Shown here: in pieces, positions 51,295 to 64,000 of the stretch | Numbering within the stretch: the first letter of the stretch is position 1 | How the letters are laid out: the number at the start of each line of letters is the position of its first letter | Source of the DNA: Octopus vulgaris | Taxonomy: Eukaryota | Length of the DNA: 64,000 bases | Assembly (NCBI GenBank): GCA_951406725.2 | Contig: OX597816.1 | Span: forward strand, 129,394,001 to 129,458,000 | Reading direction: 5' to 3' | Notes under the pieces: model-generated | What the model was told of the DNA's origin: nothing | Seen by the model: only the letters and a program-made list of their open reading frames with translations | The model's database searches: none | Position numbers and translations under genes: made by a program

Positions 51295-51430
51295 ATGAAA
51301 TATGAAACTGGGTTCAAACTGAAAGTCGTACTGTGTGCCAAAGAATACAATAGCAGCACCACTGCTACATAGTTCATGATGAATGAGAAACAAGTCAGAG
51401 AACGGCAAAAAATTTAGAAATATTTTGAAA
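51295..51430 (+). mobile_element. pogo-type transposase N-terminal (Brinker-like DBD) remnant
   Basis: YETGFKLKVVLCAKEYNSSTTAT*FMMNEKQVRERQK. Confidence 0.6.
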
Positions 51431-51439
51431 AAGTGCCTA

Positions 51440-51840
51440 TAGGCACAGGAGTGGTTGTATACTAAGTAACTTGCTTACCAGTCACATGGTTCCTTGGGCA
51501 AGTGTTTTTTTACTATATCCTCGGGCCAACCAAAGCCTTCTGAGTGGATTTGGCAGACGGAAACTGAAAGAAACCTGTCGTGTGTGTATCTATATATATA
51601 TGTGTGTGTGTGTGTATATATGTTTGTATATCTGTTTGCCCCTCCCCCCCAACATAGCTTGACAACTGATGTTGGTGTGTCTACATCCCCGTAACTTAGC
51701 AGTTCAGCAAAAGTGACTGATAAAATAAGTACTTGGCTTACAAAGAATAAGTCCTGGGGTCGATTAGTTTGACTAAAGGTGGTGCTCCAGCATGGCTGCA
51801 GTCAAATGACTGAAACAAATAAAAGAAAAAAAAGAAACAA
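51440..51840 (+). mobile_element. SINE family A
   Basis: Head, internal microsatellite and tail all present. Confidence 0.8.
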
Positions 51841-52329
51841 TAAAGACAAGTGTGCAAATAGGGATCAGAACCAGAGAAAGTAGCCAGACTTAGAGGCAGA
51901 AATTCTTGAGAACAATTCTTGCATGACCTGCAAGTAAGCTGACATAACTTTTTCAAGGTTAAAACCTAGGGCTAAATTTTTGGCATATATGGTATATATA
52001 TATGTTTGTGTGTGTGCATATATATATATACACACACACACACACACGTGTATATATATATGAGTATGTTTATGTGTAATTCTTGAATATATGTATGTAT
52101 AAATATACGTATATATATGTGTGTGTGTGCATGCATATGTATGCATGTCATCAACATTTAATACCCATGTTCCCTACTAGCATGTGTTGTATAGTTTGAC
52201 AGTTAAGTGGTATCAAGGAAGAACTGCAGTAAGGGAAGTAATGGGCAGTGATGAAGAGAGGGTGTGTTGAAGAGGATGGAAATTGGGTGAAGGGCGCAGT
52301 TATGCACATAGCTGTATCAGAACTCAGTT

Positions 52330-54190
52330 TTGCTGAGGTGACCAGGTCTTCACAAGAACCACATATTGTCAGTCATCACATTTGAGGTTCAAGATCCTGA
52401 GACCAGCCTTCACCACTTTGTCTCGTGTCATCCTGGGCCACCCTCTTCTGCAGGCTCCATCGACATTTAGTGATTAGCTCTTCTCTACATAACTGTCTCC
52501 ATCACATGTCCATTCCAGCACAGTCTTTTTTCTTGCACACTACATCTAATTCCTACTATGCTCTGTTTGTCTCTCAACACATTTGTACTATGTCTTTCAT
52601 GCACACTTAGATTTTATGTCCAATTGGTGTATGCTCACTTCATTTCTTTTCCAGTCGTCTCAAGCCCTCTGCATTGAAGGCTTATGTCTCACTTCCATGT
52701 AGCATTGCAGTTCTAATGCAAATATACAGTCTGCCCATGTGCTCTGAAGGAAAAGACATTTGTTACCAGATGTAGTAGCTCTCCTAACTTCCTCCAACCC
52801 ATTCTTGTTCTGGTTACAATACTTTCAGAGCAATCACCTCCCTTGATAATAAAAACTATCAACCATTTCTAGTGAGTTATCTAAACATTTAAGAAAAGAT
52901 ATTCCAGTGTATTTCTAGTATGTACCATTCCATTCTTGGGTAGTCTGCCTATGGTTCCACTTCATCCCTTGTGTGTCCATAGCTCACATTCATACAGCAT
53001 ATGGAGTTTATAGCTGCTCCTTGTCTGCACATCAGACCAGGCCACATTCCTGAAGAAACTAGGTTCTGTTTTCTTTCCCACTTCTTAAAACCTTAGTCTT
53101 TGCTAAGTTTATTTTGAAGCCTCTCAGTTTAAGGTTTAAATTCCCTGTCTAGAATTTCCTTTTTAATCCCCATATAGATTAAGCTATGGAAACTAAATCA
53201 TTAGTATATAGGAGTTCCCATGGACATCTAGTCATAAATTCCTCTGTGATGAGTAGGAAAGGACTTAACCTTGAAGAACTCCTACATTCATACTAAATTT
53301 GTAACTAAAATCATTATCAACTCTCATTTTACTTACTGCATCTTAGTATCTGGCTTTTGCAGCCCTCACAAGTCATTCATCTCCACCTAGTTTCTTCAGT
53401 GACTGCCAAATTGCTAAGTGTCAAATGCTTTCCTCAAATCAAAAAAGGCCAGAAATGGCATTTTATTCTTAGCCAAGTATTTCTCCTTTAGTTGCCTCAC
53501 TAGGAAGATTGCCTCATCTGGGGACACAGCCAAACTGCATCTCATCTCGGTTTATTCTATTGTGGGTCAACTGTGCTGCAGCTCTCTCTCTCTGATCTTC
53601 ATAACTACTGATCTAATTGTTTGATTCCTCTATAGTTGCCTCTCTCTAAGGCATCTCCTTTGCCTTTGTAGCAATTCACAATGATACTGCTACATTAGTC
53701 ATTGCCTTCCTGTATGCTAATTAACTGAGTGGTAATCATGTATCCTACCACACATGAGTACCCTACATGAGTGGTAATCATGTATCCTACCCCACAACTG
53801 TCCTTCATTGCTTTATCTAGCACATAGCTGTCAACTTGAACTGTAGGGTCAGCACAAGGTAACTTCTGTTTTCCCATGCATTCTCCAAGTTGAGCACCTT
53901 TCATTCCTCTTTATTGTTCTCCATTTCTATGGCTAGTAAACTTTCATCATTCTGAATGCACTTCTACCAGTGACGTCTTGGTTCTCTCTCATAGACTCTT
54001 GCAATCCTAAACACTTCACACCTCTGATCCTCACACAAATCTTTTCCTTCTTAGCCTTAAGTTTGTTGCCTAGCTGCCCTTGTCATTTGGTAATGCTCCT
54101 TACTACCATCTTCCTTTCAGGTTTATCAAGCCTGTCTCCTTGCCTTCATTACTCTATCAGCCATGTAATTCTCTCACTATGTTGCTTTTG
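52330..54190 (-). mobile_element. RTE LINE reverse transcriptase region, degenerate
   Basis: FLAFFDLRKAFD, ITEEF..CPWELLYTNDLV (YADD-like) and a C-terminal RG.PR.T.DKVV remnant. Confidence 0.8.
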
Positions 54191-54649
54191 ATTTGGCTGG
54201 TAGTTTGCGTTTGCTAAATGTCTGATCTGTAATCCCAAGCAGATTATTTTGTAGAAATTCCTAGTTGTGATTTATGCAACAGGTATCTAGATCTTCTTTT
54301 GTCTGTCTGTATACATGCATATGTAAGTGGACCTTTTATCTCATTTCAGTTACTGAACTGCAGCTACTATGTACACGTTTTTGTAAAGGTGTGTGTATAT
54401 ATTTGTGTATTTATGTGTATATGTATGCATATATGTGTGTATACATCTGTTCATTAGTTTTTGTGTCTATTTTTCATTGCTAGCATGATTTAGACAATGT
54501 TGGAGGCACTATTTTACAGCAGAATGCTGTGTGTGTGTGTTATCAGTTTCAGTCAGAGGCTGTGACCATGCTGGGTCAGAACCATTAGTATTAATGCTTG
54601 TTTATTTTAGACACTCTTCCTGATCCTGCCTCTGGAATCTGTCCTGATG

Positions 54650-55010
54650 AAGTAATGAGTTGGACAGAGTTGTTCTTTGTTTCTTGCTTTGATGTAGATT
54701 CATCTGGTACCTCAAATAAAAAATTTGTCTAATTGCTTTTTGAACGCATTTACATGTACAGCTTGTTGATCTCTGAGTCCTCTTAGCAAGGTATTGAAAA
54801 GCAGCAGGCTTTTGAACCTCAAGTTGTTACAGTATTTGGTTCTTATACTGGATGGAGATGGTGGGATCTTGGCACTATGCAATGGCATCCAATCCAATGA
54901 TTGATATAGCTTTCAATCCCAAAGTTGGGTGCTTGACCTTCCAGGATCTTCCACATATATATCACTGCAAATCTTTCGTGTCTTCTCTCCAGGAAGTACA
55001 GCCTAGAAAA
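54650..55010 (-). mobile_element. CR1-group LINE 3' fragment
   Basis: LYFLERRHER..IYMWKILEG..PN and LFNTL...FKKQLDKF..VPDE. Confidence 0.7.
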
Positions 55011-55204
55011 CTCTGTCTCAACATTGTCTCATTTGACCCATGCAAACATGCAAATATGGAAAAATATTAAAACAATATTTATGTATGTATGTATTTATTT
55101 GCATGTTTATGTGTATTATATATATATAGAGAGAGAATGATAGAGAGATATGTGGACATGTATGTTTCTGTGTGTGTGTGTGTGTGTATGAATATACACT
55201 CACA

Positions 55205-55530
55205 CACTGGCACTTGTACCGGTGACACGTGAAAAACATTCAAGCGAGGTCGTTGCCAGTGCCACTGGTCTGGCTCCTATGCAGGTGGCATGTAAAAAAC
55301 ATCACTTGAGCGTGGACGTTGCCAGTACCGCCTGACTGGCCCTCGTGCCGGTGGCATGTAAAAGCACCCACTACACTCTTGGAGTGGTTGGCGTTAGGAA
55401 GGGCATCCAGCTGTAGCAACTCTGCCAGATCAGATTGGAGCCTGGTGCAGCCATCTGGTTTGCCAGTCCTCAGTCAAATCGTCCAACCCATGCTAGCATG
55501 GAAAACAGATGTTAAATGATGATGATGATG
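55205..55530 (+). mobile_element. RTE 3' UTR with stem-loop array
   Basis: Family UTR and (GAT)n tail. Confidence 0.75.
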
Positions 55531-57223
55531 AGACATGTTTGTATGCGTATATGTAGACATACTGTGTGATTAAGAAGTTTGCTTTTGCAACCACATATCT
55601 TTGGGTTCTACTGTCATGTTCCATTAAGTTCATCATATATATAAATATCTGCAATGGGCTTAATATAATTTTCATTTGTCAAATTCCCTCATTTGTTGGC
55701 ATGGAGTGACCAAGAAGCTCCACTGTGAAACTGAACCTAAAGATACATGGTTCCAAAACATACACACTCATATGTTTATAATAGATAGACAGATGATTGT
55801 GTGTGTATACACAGACAATCACATATAGATACATGTACATTTCAAGTAAAACATGAAAAACTAGTTTGTCACTTATGAATGAATAACAAATCAATTGAGA
55901 AAAATTGTCCAACTATGTGATTCACATTCATGTGACATTTACACACATTACTTTACTTGTGCAGTGAACACAAACCCATATATGCATGCATGTGTATACA
56001 CATTCATATATTCATACAAGTATTTTCATATCTGTCTATATACATTCATATATTCTTGAATATACACTTTCATACACATAAACATATGAAATATTTACAT
56101 ATCTGACATAGTTTTTTTTTTTTTTTGTGCCAACCCAATACTGTTATTGAAGGAAGTTCAGGTCACTAGTTAATGTCAGGTTACTAGTTCTTTGCCTATC
56201 CCCTAGGACAGGCCATTTTCATACTACATTGGTGGCCATTCATCATCATTCAAGCATTACAGATGACCATTACCTATATATGGATTCAAATAGCACTTTG
56301 AATCCTGTGATGTACTCTTCTGTTCCATTAACTATAATTTGCTTTGTCATGTATTGAACTTAGTGCTCTAACTACTTAACAAAAATATATTATTCTGTTT
56401 GTGTGTCACCTTTCAATGAATGTCCTATAGTATATTCATTCATACAAACTTGGTGGGACAACAATACAGTCAGAAGGAAAGCTGAGTTTATAGAATTTTA
56501 TAGTTTAAACCTCTATAAACACTCTATAAAGTGTGAGAAAAAAACAACTTATAAATTGTTTATATTTTCCTTTCCACGTTTTAAACCTGTTAACTTCTCC
56601 GATTAATAAAAACGCTTTAAGACCTATGGTTGAAAAGAATAATATTTATTTTTCACATAAGCTAGACGTGTGAGATTTTTATATGAAGAACTATAGGAAA
56701 TTGTGGATTTCTTGTTTGCAAAGGGTGTTAACAAGACAAGTGAAAATGAAAGCAGTTCTGACTGGGAACCAAACAGTTATGAACTCATTTTACCAATAAA
56801 CACTGTTGCACTATGAGACCTGCTATTGTTATGATAGCATAATGTTTTGATGTTTTCAAGGCATTGTAGTCTCAGTTATAGAAAATTTTTTTTTCTGGCT
56901 TAGTGAAAGGAAGAAGATCAGCTATTTCGTGCAATGCCTCAGCAACTGAGTGGGGTGGAAGAAACCCCAGTGGTTTACTACAGTAAGAAGTGGTGTACCA
57001 GAGTATTGAATTACTTATCCTCATATGCTGGAGACCTGTTTGCACTAAATGCACCAAGTGTCAGGTGATGATGTTAAACTAGGCAATGCAGTAAGTCTGC
57101 TATCCAAAAACAAGTAAAGTTCATGTGACAAGTTCTAAATCTACCCACTTACACTCAATAAGGCTTTGGTTAATTCAATCTTATGATAAAAAGCTCTTTA
57201 CCCTTTGATGCAGCAGCAGTAGT

Positions 57224-57451
57224 TTAACCCTTTAGCATTCAGATTATTCTATCAAATGTGCTGCTTATTTATACACATTGTTTTGAATTAATCTTGCATT
57301 ATCTTGTAGCTTTGAGATTTTGATTGCATGGGTGTATGTTTTTAGACTAACATTGTAGGGTAGGTGTGAGAGGCAGGATCAGGTCAGTTTGAACATAAAA
57401 CAGGTAGACTATTTTGGCTGGATATGGCTAGTTTAAATGCTAAAGTATTAA
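57224..57451 (+). mobile_element. piggyBac-type MITE
   Basis: TTAA|CCCTTTAGCATT ... AATGCTAAAGTA|TTAA. Confidence 0.8.
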
Positions 57452-58057
57452 ATTGAAAAACCACATGATTGCAAAACAAATTTCTTAACCGCATGCCATA
57501 GTTGCACTCTATGTTCAATTAATTCAGATGCAACATTTTATTAATTAAATGTAGAATGATGTAGTTTTTTTAAATCTAGTTCTTTATATCAGTGTGTTCA
57601 TCTTTTGTTTAGCAATGGAAATTAAGTTTTCAGAGAGTGGAGAATTAAATCTTAGAATTTATAGCGTAATGAAAACTTTTTTCTCATATTTTAAATTTCA
57701 CTTATTTCTATCATTATGCAATTATTGAAGCAGATGTGTGTTTTCAATTATGAACCTAAGTTTCCTGCAGGCATGTGCATTTACATTGTCAGTTATGTTT
57801 AGCTTTTGGAAGTGTTTTTTATGTTACATTTATATATATGTATTGATGATTAAGTTCTTTCCTGCCCACGTTTTTAATTATCTTAAAACTCTAGTTCCCA
57901 CCCTCATTTTAGTAATCTTGAGGACTCCAGTTTTACTGATAACTAAATCTTGTAAGGGTGACTTTTCATAACGCTCCTAAAAGAAATTTGTTGAAGTGTT
58001 CATTTTTCACTCATTGGCAAACAACCTTTGTCCATCTGTGAGTATTTAATTGCATAC

Positions 58058-58222
58058 TTAACCCTTTAGCACTCAGATTACTCTTGAATGGAATGCTTTG
58101 AGATTTCGATGATGTAATTATTTATTTTTACAATGTGTAAGAGGCTTGACCTGACCAGTTTGAACATAAAACAGGTAGAATATTTGGCCTGGACATGGCC
58201 CGTTTAAATGCTAAAGGGTTAA
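58058..58222 (+). mobile_element. piggyBac-type MITE (same family, shorter)
   Basis: TTAA|CCCTTTAGCA ... TGCTAAAGGG|TTAA. Confidence 0.85.
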
Positions 58223-58904
58223 ATGAGTATCCTTGAGATAATTCATCAGTTAATCACCATTTTTTTTGTCCAGTTATATATCACTGTATCTACTTATATA
58301 TTAACTATGTATTAGCAAGGATTTATTACACAAATTAGAACTTACCTAAGAACTTGTGTCTATGTTCTGTAAAGACTTTAGTAAAAAATAGTTGTTACTT
58401 CCAGAGTTATTTTAAAAGTATTTTACTGAAGACCATATTAGATAGAAAGTAAGAGTGGGGGTTCATGCTAGGTAGGAATACCAATATTGCAAAATACCAA
58501 CCTCATTTAGTCGAGTGCCTCTACATTTTCTTTTATATGCTGTAAATGTGATCACTGATCAGACTGCTTGGTCTTTTATGACATTGCTATTGATTAAAAA
58601 GAGAAATTGTATATGTATACAATATCAATAATACATGGGAAGATGTAAACTGCATTTATTTTTTATTCATTTAGCTAAAAAAGAAAGGCAGTGCCTCTAA
58701 CCTCTTTCAATTTTTGTTAGGTCAGAATTTAAGATAAACTTAGACTGCAATTAATATTTCATTTGATTAGATCTTACATGGACCATATATTTTGACAGCA
58801 AATAAAACACCTAGCAGCTGCCTAAGTCTGCATTATGAAAGTTACCAATATTTAAATAAGACAGGTGGAGACCTTTTATATGTGAATATTTGTAGATGTG
58901 TCTA

Positions 58905-59085
58905 AGGCAGTGAACTGGCAGAACCGTTAGCATGCAGAGCAACAAGCTTAGCATTTTGTCCATCTTTACATGCTGAGGTCAACTTTGCCTACCATCCTTT
59001 TGGGGTTGATAAAATGAGCACTGGGGCTGATATAATCAACTTACTCCCTCCTCAAAATTGCTGGCTTTGTGTCCAATTTGAAACT
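58905..59085 (+). mobile_element. SINE family B, diverged
   Basis: Family head and core, with imperfect TSD TATTTGT.GATGTGT.TAA. Confidence 0.7.
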
Positions 59086-59972
59086 AGTATTTGTTGATGT
59101 GTATAATGTGAGTAATAATTTAAACATTTCTTTTTAAGATGTATCTGATGAGAAGGTATACCTCCAATAATTGTATGATTATAACTATGTTGCAAATTTA
59201 CATTTAATCACTTGGTTGTTTTTAAGCCTTATTCAACTGCTTAAAGATTGAGGTTTCTTCTCAATGTCTACACTATGCTTAGTTATATTGAATGTTGACA
59301 AAAGTGATTATCAAGAGAGGCAGCTAACCTTTCAAAGGTATTTTTTTTTGTTGGAATAATGACTATTTCACTGCACTATGAAACAAATTCATGTAAGAAC
59401 AAAGTAGTAATGTATTCTTGTTACCTTAACACAAAGCAAATAAGTGAGGTAGGGAGACCCATATATCTCATGATGAGAGAACATAACTTTTTGATAAATA
59501 TGATTCACCTTTGTCATATAAATATCTGATGACTACATTAGCAGTTTGATTTTTTGACTTACTAATAACTCACAAAAAAATAGTCATTGAAACATGTTAT
59601 GCATTCCACCACCAGCATTATCATCATTTATCACCTACTTTTCCATTCTTGCACAGGTCAGTTTGTTGAAGCAGATTTTCTACAGCTGGGTAGATAGATT
59701 AAGACAAAGGTACACTCAAATAGATACCCACACATGTGTGTGTATGCATATGGATGATGGGTTTTTTTTTGTTTGTTTGTTTTTTCTAGTTTCCATCTAC
59801 CAGATCCACTCACAAGGCTTTGATCAGCATAGGGCTATAGTAGAAGACATCTGCCCAAGGTGTTGTGCAGTGGAACTGAACCCAAGACCACATGGTTGGG
59901 AAGTAAGCTTCTTAGCCAAACAGTCATGGGTTTGAATGTTATTGAGGTTTTTCATTTTCCCATAGGAAATAT

Positions 59973-60385
59973 TTAATCTGTTAGCATTTAAACCAGCCAT
60001 ATCTGGCCAAAGTATTCTACCAATTTATGTTCAAACTGACCAGATTTGGCCTCTCACACCTATCCTGATTCCATTCTTAAAAATAAACAATCACATCATT
60101 GAAAACAATGTGTCAAGACCTTGATGATATGTTGTGCTTGAGGAGATTCATCAAGCCTAGTGAAGCCATAGTCATGGCCATTGCCTGTGTAAATGGTACC
60201 CATGCTGGTAGCATGTAAAAAAACACCTATTACAGTCTCCGATTGGTTGGTGTTAAGAGGGGCATCCAGCCATAGAAACCATGCCAAATCATACTGGAAC
60301 CTGGTGTAGCTCTCCGGTGTACCAGTTCCAGTCAAACCCATGCCTGCATGTAAAGTGGATGTTAATCTGAATGCTAAAGAGTTAA
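59973..60385 (-). mobile_element. piggyBac-type MITE carrying an RTE 3' end insert
   Basis: Reverse copy of the 57224 family with TTAA ends; RTE UTR at ~60105-60365. Confidence 0.7.
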
Positions 60386-61120
60386 GTTAAACCTTGTCGG
60401 AAGCTCATGAAACATGCAGCAGTCAGAGTGTTCCCACTGATGACTTTTCTCATTCAGGCACACAGTACAGTGAAATGTTTTGAACTATTACTGTAATGGC
60501 TTATTAGCTGACACATAAACAATCTGGTTTCTATGACTCATTTAAAGACTACCAAAGCAGTATGGGTGTTTACCACAGCTTACAACAATCATTTACTTGT
60601 AGATGTTCTAATGTGATGCTATAAAAATATGCTAATACAAAGGATTGTCTTATATGCCAGTTATGAAATTGTCCTTATTAAATTTAATTATTGAAAACAT
60701 TGTCAAACTGTGATCTTACTGCTATATTAATTTTCTGTGTGAACCAGTGACTTACTGTGTATGCGTGACCTTATCTGAGTGAAATCTAACTGGTGTGATA
60801 GCAATTACAATACATAAAACTGAAGACTCACATAAACAATTTTACTGTCTCATAGACATAATTCATGTATTATAAAGAAAATACCTGCTGTAATTTCTTC
60901 TACATCATATGTGAAGTTTTTGTTTTATACAAGTATACTAGCACAAAATAAAAAAATTTTGAGAATTATTTTAACATTCACCTTGTAGCCCAGCATATAA
61001 TTTTCTATTTGTATTCAGAAGTACCCTCCACTTTTCTTTTCTTGGTTTCAACAAGATCCTTGCTTTTTTGGGGGTGGGGTTGATAAAACAGATAGGAAGT
61101 GAGTCACATCTGTCCCCTAG

Positions 61121-61337
61121 TTAACCTTTTGTTACCATATTTCTGTTGAAATACACTGCTATTGTTTCATTTCATTTTGAAAATAATGAAAAATATTGTA
61201 AAATTACTGTGCCATTATTAAGATGATGTTTTGGGGCATAAATTCAAACGAAATGTTGTTTTTAGATGACTTTAAAGTAGGGAGTTTATATCCAGAAATA
61301 GGGGTGGTATTGAGCACATTGGTATCAAAAGAGCTAA
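61121..61337. mobile_element. Second piggyBac-type MITE family
   Basis: TTAACCTTTTGTTACCA ... TGGTATCAAAAGAGCTAA. Confidence 0.55.
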
Positions 61338-61518
61338 ATAAGCTTGTTTACTGTAGGAATGCCACTCTGTTTTAACAGATTTAAATTTTAAAGCAATGAA
61401 CCCACCCAACTAATATAAAAAAATATATCTAAATTGTTTAACTTTTCTGTCTCAACGACCAATTTTTACATGATATCCATTTACTCTAAACACTTGTATT
61501 TTCACTTCTTTTCTACAG

Positions 61519-61696
61519 CTATGAAACTTAGCCCTTATAAATAGTATATCTTTGTCATTTGGTTGTATCTGACAGCTAATATCAGAAAAATATTGATCAC
61601 CATGCTACCTAACTACAAATGTGTGATCTCCAGTCACAATACCATTTGGCTACGCAGATTGAGATCGTCCTGAAGCATTGTAATAGAAAACATGCT
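61519..61696 (+). other. Candidate internal exon (5' UTR, possibly containing a start codon)
   Basis: Strong acceptor TTTTCACTTCTTTTCTACAG and donor GCT|GTAAGT. ATG at 61619 is open for 26 codons to the donor (MCDLQSQYHLATQIEIVLKHCNRKHA). I recognise no homology. Confidence 0.3.
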
Positions 61697-61927
61697 GTAA
61701 GTTATAACAGACATCACTTTGGGCTCTGGTTTTAGTATCTTCCGTTTCTACTTATGAGATATGATCAGTTTTAAGTTATATCTGATTTGACTACAACAAA
61801 TGGCATTACTTGAGGAGGTATAGGTTTGTCTGAAAGGCAGTCAAAGTTTCCAAGTGAATTCCAATAAAATGTAACTTGACTGTGGATTATTTTCAATTAA
61901 TATATCTCAATATCATATAGATTTATA

Positions 61928-62147
61928 AGGTGGTGAGCTGGTAGAACCATTAGCATGCCAGGCAAAATGTTTAGTGGCATTTCATCCATCTTTACAGCCT
62001 GAATTTGAATTCCACCAAGGTCAACTTTGCTTTTCATCCTTTGAAGTGTCAATAAAATAAATAGGTACCAGTTGAACACTGGGGTCGATGTAATTGACTT
62101 ACCCTTCTCCCCAAATTGCTGGCCTTGTGCCAGAATTTGAAACCAAT
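61928..62147 (+). mobile_element. SINE family B with TSD
   Basis: CAATATCATATAGATTTAT on both sides. Confidence 0.85.
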
Positions 62148-62425
62148 ATCATATAGATTTATTTAGTCCTTAATATTATCTTTAAACTGCTGCTGTACTT
62201 ATTGCATGATTATCTCTGCATCTTCTATAAATAAACTCATCCAATAAACTGTTTACAATCAAAACATCCTTATTCTAAAAAAATTGTCATTTACTATACC
62301 TATATCAAAAAGTTATGTTTTATTAAATATGCTGTATGTATGTAGTTCATTTTCCAACTGAAGTGGACGGAAAGAAACACTAAATTTATAAGTGCTTAAA
62401 ACCAGTGTTGTGAATCATAATCCTA

Positions 62426-62786
62426 TTATTTGCCTTTGCCAAGGCAGAGTTATTGTTTACAGTCATGTTTGTTTGTTTGTCTGTGGACAAGATATCTCAA
62501 AAACCGCTGGATGGATTTGGCTGAAAATTTCAGGGTTGTTTGGTCTTGTGACTTGCACAAACTAATTAGATTTGGGGATTGATCCAATACTGGACAAGGA
62601 TTTTGGATTATTTTTCTGTTTTTTTTTACTTAATTTTTGAGAGTGGTCAGGTTCATTTTTAGTATTCTCATTTGTGAGAGCAGTTGAGTTTATTTCAGAT
62701 ATTTTCATTTTAAAAATCATCTCTGGCTAATCATTGAGAGGACGTTGGTGTTGCCTTGGCAGAGGTTTGCACTCTCTTAGTGCTTT
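62426..62786 (+). mobile_element. Helentron-associated non-autonomous element (HINE/DINE-like)
   Basis: Subterminal IRs CCTTTGCCAAGGCA / TGCCTTGGCAGAGG, (GTTT)/(GTCT) tract, 3' hairpin GCACT-CTCTT-AGTGC followed by TTTT. Confidence 0.75.
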
Positions 62787-63467
62787 TGTTATGATTCTTT
62801 TCTGCATCTCAGTACATTCCACTTATTTATTTTTCTTTTTGTTTTTCTTTCTCAACAACTTTCTATCAATGCTTTTATTGTTTTAAATTTTCATTTTGCT
62901 TATTTTTCCCCCTCCTTTTCCTGCCACACTCCAATGGGTAGAATAACTTATATTTTGCTTATATTTCTGGAGCCAACAACCTGCCAACATATAAAATATG
63001 AATCAAGTACTGCCTACTTTATATTACATACTTTTAACTTCTCAGCTATTCTTGTAGACAGCTTACTGATTTGCAGCAAGCCATGAAGGAACTTATGTCA
63101 TTCATTCAATTTGCTAGCAGAGCAGCCAAATATTCCATCAAAACAATTCTTGACTTCATGTGTTTAAACTGTTACAAGGCCTAAATTTTCAGACAGTATA
63201 CTTAATATATAAATTGAATTATAAGAAAGGTGATTGTACAATGAAATTCAACCAAGCTTAATGTCCAGACATATCTCTTTAACATGGTACAATGACCCAA
63301 TAATAAATGGAAACTAAGTTTAAAGTTCTGTTTGAAACTTACCAATATTGACTACATCTTTAAGTTTTCTATAGTTGCTAGAATGTTTAACTATTGGCAG
63401 AGAACCAGATTAGCACGCGTTGCACTTTTTAATATACTGAACTGAATCCATTTTATCATTATCATTA

Positions 63468-63850
63468 TAGGTGCAGACATGACTGTGTGGTAAGAAGTTT
63501 GCTTCCCAACCACATGGTCTCAGGTTCAGTCCCATTGTGTGACACCTTGGGCAAGTGTCTTCGACTTTAGCCTCAGGCCAACCAAAACCTCATGAGTGGA
63601 TCTGGCAGACTGAAATTGAAAGCAGTCCAGTGTGTGTGTGTGTGTGTGTGTGTGTGACTATCTTTGTGTTTGTCCCCACCACCACCACCACTGGTGCTGG
63701 TGTGTTTAACTTGATTTGGCAAAAGAGACCAATAGAATAAGTACCAGGCTTTAAACAAAAAGAGGTACTGGGGTTGATAGATTCAACTAAAATTTCTTCA
63801 AGGTGGTACCCCAGCATGGCCGAAGTCTAATGACTGAAACAAGTAAAAGC
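63468..63850 (+). mobile_element. SINE family A
   Basis: Head, (TG)n tract and tail all present. Confidence 0.8.
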
Positions 63851-64000
63851 AAAAAAATAAGATATAAGATCATTTTAAAATCTACATTTTTATGTTTGCA
63901 TTGGTTAGACAAGAGTATGTTGTGCATAGAGATTCATATGCCTGGATTCTCTTCCTGTTGCCAGCCACCACATATTTTTTTAGCAAAGTAATAATCTTTA

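Noticed and set aside
56650-56820. Acidic peptide (..ENESSSDWEP..) as an exon or piggyBac N-terminus
   Set aside because: Short, interrupted by a stop, and without convincing splice sites or downstream transposase.

Overview
AT-rich, microsatellite-dense eukaryotic (metazoan) DNA. The SINE, RTE and MITE families resemble those I associate with octopus/cephalopod genomes; this is an inference and was not verified. I see no intact protein-coding gene. Nearly all ORFs in the track are microsatellite translations or broken transposon fragments. The window is a transposon graveyard: mariner, hAT, pogo and piggyBac-type relics and MITEs, a Helentron-like HINE, an integrase-only Gypsy LTR element, Tx1/L1, RTE, CR1 and R4/Dong LINE fragments, Penelope-like (GIY-YIG) elements, and at least three tRNA-derived SINE families. 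Notable signals: (i) a series of type-I hammerhead ribozyme motifs, from near-intact to decayed, in Penelope-like termini next to microsatellites; (ii) several perfect 67-127 bp foldback palindromes next to (TA)n, one turning within a few nt of the predicted hammerhead cleavage site of a related copy; (iii) R4/Dong-type LINE 3' ends that repeatedly abut (CATA)n; (iv) an RTE 3' UTR carrying a variable-copy stem-loop array; (v) a candidate + strand promoter/first exon near 45.9 kb with a possible downstream exon at 61.5 kb. All calls were made by eye, and boundaries of degraded elements are approximate.
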